Shown here: positions 57,883 to 64,000 of the stretch, piece by piece
How the letters are laid out: every line of letters starts with the position of its first letter
Numbering within the stretch: position 1 is the stretch's first letter
IMG/VR virus record: IMGVR_UViG_3300032220_000872
Span: 1 to 64,000 of that record
Origin: a virus
DNA length: 64,000 bases
Strand: one strand, 5' to 3'
Notes under the pieces: generated by a model
Databases searched by the model: none
Told to the model about the DNA's origin: nothing
The model's input: the letters and a program-made list of their open reading frames with translations, nothing else
Translations under genes and position numbers: made by a program

Positions 57883-58949
57883 ACTATTTGTCTTTTGGTT
57901 CCTTTGCGTTTGGTATCCAATGTAAAACAATGAATCCCACCTTCCCAATATACCTGATGTCTCTGATTGACCACGTGACATTCAATGCCTAAGGTTTTTA
58001 AATATCTAAAAAGTTCAGGAATATGTCTGCCAAACAATACATTTTTAGAATCCAATACCACCACATTTAAATCAAAACAAACTTCTTGATTGTATCCTCT
58101 CCAATTATTAAGATATTTTTCCAGCCATAACTCAGAATATTTTCCATCTGTGCTGACATAATCTTTCACATAATTGTCTATGTACACTTCTGAAACATAC
58201 TGTGAAATATCAATTAATTTCTTATTTTGTAATATTGTTGGAACCCATTTTAATCCACAATGCACCACAGTGTCGTCGTCCAGCATAAAAAATCCGTGAT
58301 CAATGTGCCCATAATTTTTAAATATGTTTTCAGGCAAATTGGGAATAAATTTATAAGAAGCATATATTTTTTTAATCCATTCATACCCCAATTGAGTTCC
58401 AGGACCTGCAGAATTCACAATAACGCTGTCGCCCAATTTATACATGGTAGCAGTGTGCCACAACAATTGTTCTTTATATGTGTCTTTGTAAATTTTATCT
58501 GATATAAACCAACTTTCTTCTGCGGTAATATTTCTCAATTGAGGAGCGGGCTGACAGTGTATTTGATAATTTTGTTCAGCAAAATAACTGAATATTTGTT
58601 TGTAACACAATACATCCAAATATCTATCAGAATAACTGGTATATGTTTGAGAGAATGTATTATCCATTACAAAATATTGATCACGTGGCACTATAGGACA
58701 CATAGGTACAGATATTTTTAAATCTCCTATTATTACAGGTGTATCGTATCTCAACACTGTGGGTCTAAGAACTTTTATGTTAGAATCTGTAAAAAATTTT
58801 GCTAAAGCATCAAGATCCTGTTTCGTTTCTTCAAGAATAAGATTAAATTTTTTTAAACAAGGTTGAGGTAAAAAATTATCTAAATCACCTGGTAGATAAC
58901 TGTCACCTACTATGATTTCCTGTAATTTATCATATTCGGTGAATATCAT
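57879..58949 (-). CDS. Amidinotransferase (glycine/inosamine-phosphate amidinotransferase-like, pentein fold)
   Basis: EYD.L.E.IVG, V.RP, PRD, HID and C-terminal GGIHC.TLD..R with the catalytic Cys. Confidence 0.8.
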   Translation of the reverse strand: MIFTEYDKLQEIIVGDSYLPGDLDNFLPQPCLKKFNLILEETKQDLDALAKFFTDSNIKVLRPTVLRYDTPVIIGDLKISVPMCPIVPRDQYFVMDNTFSQTYTSYSDRYLDVLCYKQIFSYFAEQNYQIHCQPAPQLRNITAEESWFISDKIYKDTYKEQLLWHTATMYKLGDSVIVNSAGPGTQLGYEWIKKIYASYKFIPNLPENIFKNYGHIDHGFFMLDDDTVVHCGLKWVPTILQNKKLIDISQYVSEVYIDNYVKDYVSTDGKYSELWLEKYLNNWRGYNQEVCFDLNVVVLDSKNVLFGRHIPELFRYLKTLGIECHVVNQRHQVYWEGGIHCFTLDTKRKGTKRQIV

Positions 58950-59554
58950 TGTATTAGATGTGCATGATTGATAAACATCTGCAAAGAATATCTGGTCACT
59001 GTGCTGTTGGAAATTTGTGTGACTGCATGCACTTGGTCTTTAGAATTGATTATTATTCTATTTTTTTTAGGTTCTACAAATATTCCTTGTGTGTCATTAT
59101 CTTGTTCTTTGTACACAAATAATCCACCGTTGTCCGAATTCCAATCATTTAAAAATATTGTTATGCCAACATAATCCACACCACCGTCTTTTTCATAAAG
59201 TCCATCTTTGTGCCATGTGGCTCTGTAAGGAGCAGTGTTCACATGATATCTCAACATGCAGTCTTTGGATTTAAACCCTTCCTCTGTTAGATGTTTTTTA
59301 TCATATAAATTTTTTAAAATAATATCCACTGCGGTATTTTTTAAAAGATAATATCTGCAATTATCCAATCCAAAATGTTCATTTTCTATTAACAATAAAT
59401 TTTTATCTTCGAGTCCATCATGATCACTTTCCGTTGGAGCATGATGTTGTTCTTTGTAGAACAATTCACGATTTTCCATTGTGATTTCGTTGTCAATAAC
59501 TTGCTTCAACTGTTCTAATGTCTGCTCATCAAAAAAATTATCTATTATTTTCAT
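58946..59554 (-). CDS. Fe(II)/2OG oxygenase (prolyl-4-hydroxylase-like)
   Basis: IIDNFF, WHKD, TIFLN.W...GG.F, P..NR, HAV, RYS.Q.F. Confidence 0.8.
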   Translation of the reverse strand: MKIIDNFFDEQTLEQLKQVIDNEITMENRELFYKEQHHAPTESDHDGLEDKNLLLIENEHFGLDNCRYYLLKNTAVDIILKNLYDKKHLTEEGFKSKDCMLRYHVNTAPYRATWHKDGLYEKDGGVDYVGITIFLNDWNSDNGGLFVYKEQDNDTQGIFVEPKKNRIIINSKDQVHAVTQISNSTVTRYSLQMFINHAHLIQ

Positions 59555-60657
59555 AAATTACTCAAGTCGTTTGCTAATATTTTAAAATATTCTTTGTTAG
59601 CATTCAAAGGCATCTGATATAGATTTTTATATTCTCTTTTTTGAACCATGTACATACTGCCGTATGTGTTCAGTATAGTAACTCCATTGTTTTTAAAACA
59701 TTCAGTGGCTTGCTGTTGCACTTGTTTAAAATTGGACAATGTTTGTTCTTTCTGCAGTATATCAATGTATTTCAAAGCACTGTAGACACCTGATAGACTG
59801 AAATTGTATGTGAATCCGTGATCCCAATCAAAGTCTTTGGGCAGCACCTCATGCAGTTTTTCATTGTACAGCATCATGCTGAGTGGAAAATATCCTGCAG
59901 TAATGGCCTTGCCCATGGTGAATATGTCCGGCTGCAAAGGTATACTGTGATATCCAAAATAGTCACCTGTTTTTCCACCACCCACAAATATATCATCCAA
60001 GATAATCAACACGTCATGTTCTTGTTGTAGATGTTGTAGTTTTTTCCAAAACTCCACTGAGTTGGATTCCATATTGCCACCATAAGAACAGGTTTCCACA
60101 ACCACTGCCATCACTTCACTCCAATCGGTATGAGTGATATCAAAAGATCGTGGCAATCTTTGGATGGCTGAATATTTGGGCAGATTATAAAATGGATTTT
60201 TAAATAGTAAATCACCCATGTTATAATTTAAAAACGTGCTGCCGTGATAACTGCCTTCAAAACTGATTATTTTTGTTTTTTTTATATTTTTTTTAATATG
60301 ATGATAGGCAGCTGCCAACTTTACGGCACCTTCATTGGCATCACTGCCACTGAGAGCAAATACACTTCTGTAGCCATTGCTCATAGAGTATAAAGTGCTG
60401 CTCAATTGATAGGTGGCATCGTTCAATCTTAATTTTTCGTACTCCAGCACTGATTCAGCTATTTCAGGTTTTTTATTTTTCATTTCATTGCACACATAAT
60501 CCACTATATCGTCACGCTGAAATCCCAACACAAAGCAGCCATAATGCAACAAAGGATCCACAGTTTTACAATTATTTTCAATCACACCAAATTGCCAGTG
60601 TGCTGCTTCTTTGTGTGTAGACTGCTGTCTGCCAGGTATAAGTCCTTTGAGAGTCAT
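59551..60657 (-). CDS. Class III PLP-dependent aminotransferase
   Basis: SGSDANEGA.K, SYHGST, LIILDDI..G.GKTG, PDI.T.GKAITAGY.PLS (PLP Lys), HG.TY. Confidence 0.85.
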   Translation of the reverse strand: MTLKGLIPGRQQSTHKEAAHWQFGVIENNCKTVDPLLHYGCFVLGFQRDDIVDYVCNEMKNKKPEIAESVLEYEKLRLNDATYQLSSTLYSMSNGYRSVFALSGSDANEGAVKLAAAYHHIKKNIKKTKIISFEGSYHGSTFLNYNMGDLLFKNPFYNLPKYSAIQRLPRSFDITHTDWSEVMAVVVETCSYGGNMESNSVEFWKKLQHLQQEHDVLIILDDIFVGGGKTGDYFGYHSIPLQPDIFTMGKAITAGYFPLSMMLYNEKLHEVLPKDFDWDHGFTYNFSLSGVYSALKYIDILQKEQTLSNFKQVQQQATECFKNNGVTILNTYGSMYMVQKREYKNLYQMPLNANKEYFKILANDLSNL

Positions 60658-60665
60658 ATTTTTAA

Positions 60666-61208
60666 TTATAGTATTTCAAATTGCAATTGATCGTATGTGA
60701 TGACAGAAGTGTTATCAAAAACTTTTTTGGTTTGCACACTGAAACAACAATAACCGCTGGCATCTATTAGATCCTTGAAATTTATGTTTTGATTTTGCCC
60801 TTGATGATATTCTTTGCCCACTGTGTGAGTGTATTGATTACATTTTACTGTGATGCAATAGTCATCCGACACATGTTCACTGCCTTGCACACCGTTCAGT
60901 CTGATCAACTGCACATGACTTTGATACAGATAGTTTATTGGTTTGAGACTCCATATAATTTTAGCCTGCTCTTCAACCGAATGAAATTTAATATCATAAT
61001 GGAATTCAAAAACATTGATAATATTTTTATCCAACACAATAGACTTTTCTAATATTATAGGTAGATTTTCCTCTGCATCATCAATATTGGTGAATATTTT
61101 TTGTGTGTTATGGTAAACGTCTAACTTGTTGATGTAATTGTCGTGTTGACGAGACATGTATCTTTTGTTAAGATCTTTGGGGCAGGTAATACGCACGGTT
61201 CTATTCAT
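60666..61208 (-). CDS. Hypothetical protein
   Basis: ORF in a minus-strand operon; likely start at 61208. Confidence 0.55.
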   Translation of the reverse strand: MNRTVRITCPKDLNKRYMSRQHDNYINKLDVYHNTQKIFTNIDDAEENLPIILEKSIVLDKNIINVFEFHYDIKFHSVEEQAKIIWSLKPINYLYQSHVQLIRLNGVQGSEHVSDDYCITVKCNQYTHTVGKEYHQGQNQNINFKDLIDASGYCCFSVQTKKVFDNTSVITYDQLQFEIL

Positions 61209-61794
61209 GGATATAATCTTTGAATATTTGCACAGCTTCTTCAAATTGTAGATGTGTGTTATCTAATTTTAATAGAGTAAAGCATAATGTCCAACGATCT
61301 TCAGTCATGTTGGGATTGAATGTGCTGTGCAATTGTCCTATGTTCATTAGGCTGGGTTGATTGATCACTTGTTCATGCATCAGATCACAATCTTCTTCAC
61401 GTGCTGTATAAGCATCTGTGATCACTATATCGGACACTAACCCTGCAGCTGATATGTGACGATTGTCTGGTTTGACTGGTTTTAGATATTCTGGTTGTTT
61501 CACACGCCACCATCTGGTTACACTGTTGTCTGGACCCCAAGTAAAATTTATTTTAGTAGCATTACACAGTGTGGGGGTGTCATTATGCATGGGTATCTTC
61601 CCACCATTTGTGGGAGTATAAAATCCTTCCATAAGATTGGAAACCTTTACACCGTGCAGTTGAATCCAATCGATAACACGTGTGTCAACGTATTGTGAAT
61701 CTACCAACACAATATCAGCATGATCTAAAGTTTTAAAACAATCAGGTTTTTTCACTGTGAAAGGCAGTTGTAGATATCTATGATAGATGTTCAT
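61201..61794 (-). CDS. Putative Fe(II)/2OG or cupin oxygenase
   Basis: FYT....IPMHND...KINF.WG ... PSL.N.GQLHS..N....RW.L. Confidence 0.55.
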   Translation of the reverse strand: MNIYHRYLQLPFTVKKPDCFKTLDHADIVLVDSQYVDTRVIDWIQLHGVKVSNLMEGFYTPTNGGKIPMHNDTPTLCNATKINFTWGPDNSVTRWWRVKQPEYLKPVKPDNRHISAAGLVSDIVITDAYTAREEDCDLMHEQVINQPSLMNIGQLHSTFNPNMTEDRWTLCFTLLKLDNTHLQFEEAVQIFKDYIHE

Positions 61795-61795
61795 T

Positions 61796-62602
61796 TTAGT
61801 AATTTTGTAGATGTTCTATGCCTAATTTTTTTCTAAATTCATCTGTGAACACACAATCAATTCGTAATCCGTACTCTTGTTCACGATTGATTTCACCACC
61901 ATGCCAGTCTTGGTCGTTCCAGAAAGCTGCATTGGCATTGATGTAGGTTTTGTTCTTGGACTCAGGATCCCAAATATAGAATCCTCTTTTAGTATTGTGA
62001 CGTATGTGTATGAACTCATTGCGATGATCACTGTAGCCTTGTTGATCGCCCAGTTTACCATCCAAATCTCTGTGTTCAAAAGGCTGTCCGTCATGCTCAC
62101 AGTGAAAGAATATCACTCTACCTATCTGACTAATAATGTTTTGATTCATAAGATTTTTAACCCATGTGACTAATCCAGGAAAGTATTTGGATTCTTCTGT
62201 GAGATTTCTTTCTGAATTTCTATGATCCCAATCTCCTTCGTTCCATAAAAAATAATATATGTAAGGATCTTTAGCACCCAGCACTGCTTTGAGATAGCGT
62301 GTGAATTGATTGCGTGTGCGATAGTCTTTGATGTTGTTCATCAAATCATCACCGTGCTGTCTTATGGGATGATTCTCTGGCAAGGCTTTGTATTCTGCCA
62401 GTGCTTGATAGATTGGTTTCCAATTGAGAGTATAGCTCATGTCTTTGATGTTGAATCCTGGTGACATCCATGTGCCTTCTTTGGCATATTCTCTAGCCAA
62501 AGCAAATCCTCGACAAATTTCAGGATGTAATTTCCTAAAACCTTCTATATCCAAATGTGGAGTTAAATCAATATATGGTCGACCACCAATTCCTCTTATC
62601 AT
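61796..62602 (-). CDS. Putative Fe(II)/2OG-type oxygenase (paralog of 56004-56759)
   Basis: EHRD ... FWND.DWHGG ... LRID. TAAATA 5 nt upstream. Confidence 0.55.
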   Translation of the reverse strand: MIRGIGGRPYIDLTPHLDIEGFRKLHPEICRGFALAREYAKEGTWMSPGFNIKDMSYTLNWKPIYQALAEYKALPENHPIRQHGDDLMNNIKDYRTRNQFTRYLKAVLGAKDPYIYYFLWNEGDWDHRNSERNLTEESKYFPGLVTWVKNLMNQNIISQIGRVIFFHCEHDGQPFEHRDLDGKLGDQQGYSDHRNEFIHIRHNTKRGFYIWDPESKNKTYINANAAFWNDQDWHGGEINREQEYGLRIDCVFTDEFRKKLGIEHLQNY

Positions 62603-62641
62603 TCAAATATTTAGTGTTAAATATTGTGGACAAAAATATTT

Positions 62642-63214
62642 ATGAATTACAAATTGGTACCATATTCTGAATCAATTGATTTGACAGAATTTTATCTTCA
62701 AGCGGAATCCAAAGGGTTCAAAAACAACAGCAGCAAAAAAATGTTGGTGGACAGTGTCTCCACAGAACGACTTTCACGTGTCTGGATTCTCTATTACAAC
62801 AATGAAATAGTTGGTACCACTGCTGCTCACAGTTTTGATGAAATGGGACCAAATTGTTTTCGTATTGCTGTGAGATCTTGTGCGTTCACAGATCGTATGC
62901 CCATTAAAAGAGTAAGAACCCGAACGGGAATAGTCGAACATCAGCATGTGAGTCCACAATTTTTTATGACTGCTGGCATAGAATGGGCAGGCAAAGATAA
63001 AAATTTTTATATCACTTCAAACAAAAACAGCTGGGGCACTCAACAGAGAGTTCACAGAACTTGGGCTCCCATATTGGCCAAAACAGGTTGTTTGGAGCAC
63101 TGTGGTGAAATGTTTTACAGAGGAACCGAACAAACCATTTGGAAAGTGAACGTAGAAGTGTTCTATCAACAATTGGATCAATACGGCAGATGGCCTATTG
63201 ATTGGACTTTATAA
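62642..63214 (+). CDS. GNAT-like acyltransferase
   Basis: The translation given in the track actually reads on the PLUS strand (TTG 62624, ATG 62642), although it is labelled minus. WILY.N.EIVG..A.H and RI..R.C resemble GNAT beta strands. Confidence 0.5.
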   Translation: MNYKLVPYSESIDLTEFYLQAESKGFKNNSSKKMLVDSVSTERLSRVWILYYNNEIVGTTAAHSFDEMGPNCFRIAVRSCAFTDRMPIKRVRTRTGIVEHQHVSPQFFMTAGIEWAGKDKNFYITSNKNSWGTQQRVHRTWAPILAKTGCLEHCGEMFYRGTEQTIWKVNVEVFYQQLDQYGRWPIDWTL

Positions 63215-63902
63215 GTCGAATAAAAAATCCAGACAAATCCGGAAAAGGATTACGCCAAGCAGTGGAATTGATGTGATGATATTTGTGCCATCCTTCACCA
63301 GCCACAGTCCATGCTATTAATTTGCTGTCAGACACTTCACCATTCCAATGATTGAAAACATTCACTATGCCACCCATGACCACACTCAACACTGTGGGAA
63401 ACACCCACAAAGGAAAAATCAATATGGGGTTAATAATAGCCAATAATACAATATAAAAAGATAACAGTTTAAAATAATGTTTATGAACAAATTTATGTTC
63501 AGAATATTTTAAAAGTCTTGCTGCATATCTAGGTTCCACATCATAAGCATCAAAGAAATATCCAAAAAATACTTTGAAGTGTCCTTTGAATTTGGGAGAG
63601 TGTGAATCTTGTTCAGTGTCAGAAAATCTATGATGTTTCAAATGCACAGCAGTCCACGCCACAGTGGAACCTAAGGTGACTATGCTGCTGCAGAACAATA
63701 AAAAATAATGCCAAAATTTATTTGTGTTGAAACTTTTATGAGTGAAGTATCTGTGCAGTCCTATGATGTGTCCAAACACTGCCAGCAAATAGCCAATGAT
63801 TAAACAGTATATCAGTGTGACAAGTGGTAAAAAAACAAGACTGATAAAAAATAAAAACCATCCGATAGAATGAAATACCAATAATTTTTTATTGTCTGAC
63901 AT
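63195..63902 (-). CDS. Membrane fatty-acid (acyl-CoA delta-9-like) desaturase
   Basis: Histidine boxes HRYFTH, HLKHH..SDT..D.HSP, NH and GEGWHKYHH, plus TM helices. Confidence 0.88.
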   Translation of the reverse strand: MSDNKKLLVFHSIGWFLFFISLVFLPLVTLIYCLIIGYLLAVFGHIIGLHRYFTHKSFNTNKFWHYFLLFCSSIVTLGSTVAWTAVHLKHHRFSDTEQDSHSPKFKGHFKVFFGYFFDAYDVEPRYAARLLKYSEHKFVHKHYFKLLSFYIVLLAIINPILIFPLWVFPTVLSVVMGGIVNVFNHWNGEVSDSKLIAWTVAGEGWHKYHHINSTAWRNPFPDLSGFFIRLIKSNQ

Positions 63903-64000
63903 GATGTATTACTTATGTGTGAACACATTTATTTTTGGACCTTTTGAATGACCATAAATACTTGCACAAACACGCTCTAATATGAAACCAAATTATCATT

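Noticed and set aside
1-64000. Stop-codon reassignment as seen in some jumbo phages
   Set aside because: Genes are full length in code 11, coding density is high, and TAA, TAG and TGA all end conserved genes.

Overview
This is a 64-kb segment of a large, AT-rich, T4-related (jumbo-type) myophage genome that reads cleanly in the standard code. From left to right it contains: the 5' end of a portal gene; a tape-measure-like gene; a gp26-like hub/chaperone gene with a candidate -1 frameshift extension; a HemD-like gene; two tiny membrane peptides; a ~360-nt GC/CpG-rich, highly structured non-coding element directly downstream of a late-promoter-driven GIY-YIG nuclease gene; gp46/gp47 (Rad50/Mre11-like) and a gp55-like late sigma factor; a ~31-kb baseplate/tail module (gp53, gp5, gp25, gp6-like, a 4897-aa giant virion protein and three paralogous fibre proteins); and a ~24-kb modification island (four glycosyltransferase-like genes, seven radical SAM enzymes, a methyltransferase, an SGNH hydrolase, a QueC-like ATP pyrophosphatase, about six 2OG-Fe(II)/cupin-type oxygenases, a kinase-like protein, an SDR, an amidinotransferase, a class III aminotransferase, a GNAT and a fatty-acid desaturase). 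The most novel candidates are the GIY-YIG plus structured RNA unit, the frameshifted chaperone, an 18-bp pseudo-palindromic site sitting 8-9 bp upstream of four late TAAATA boxes, and apparently leaderless late transcripts. All product calls rest on motif recognition by eye; no searches were run.
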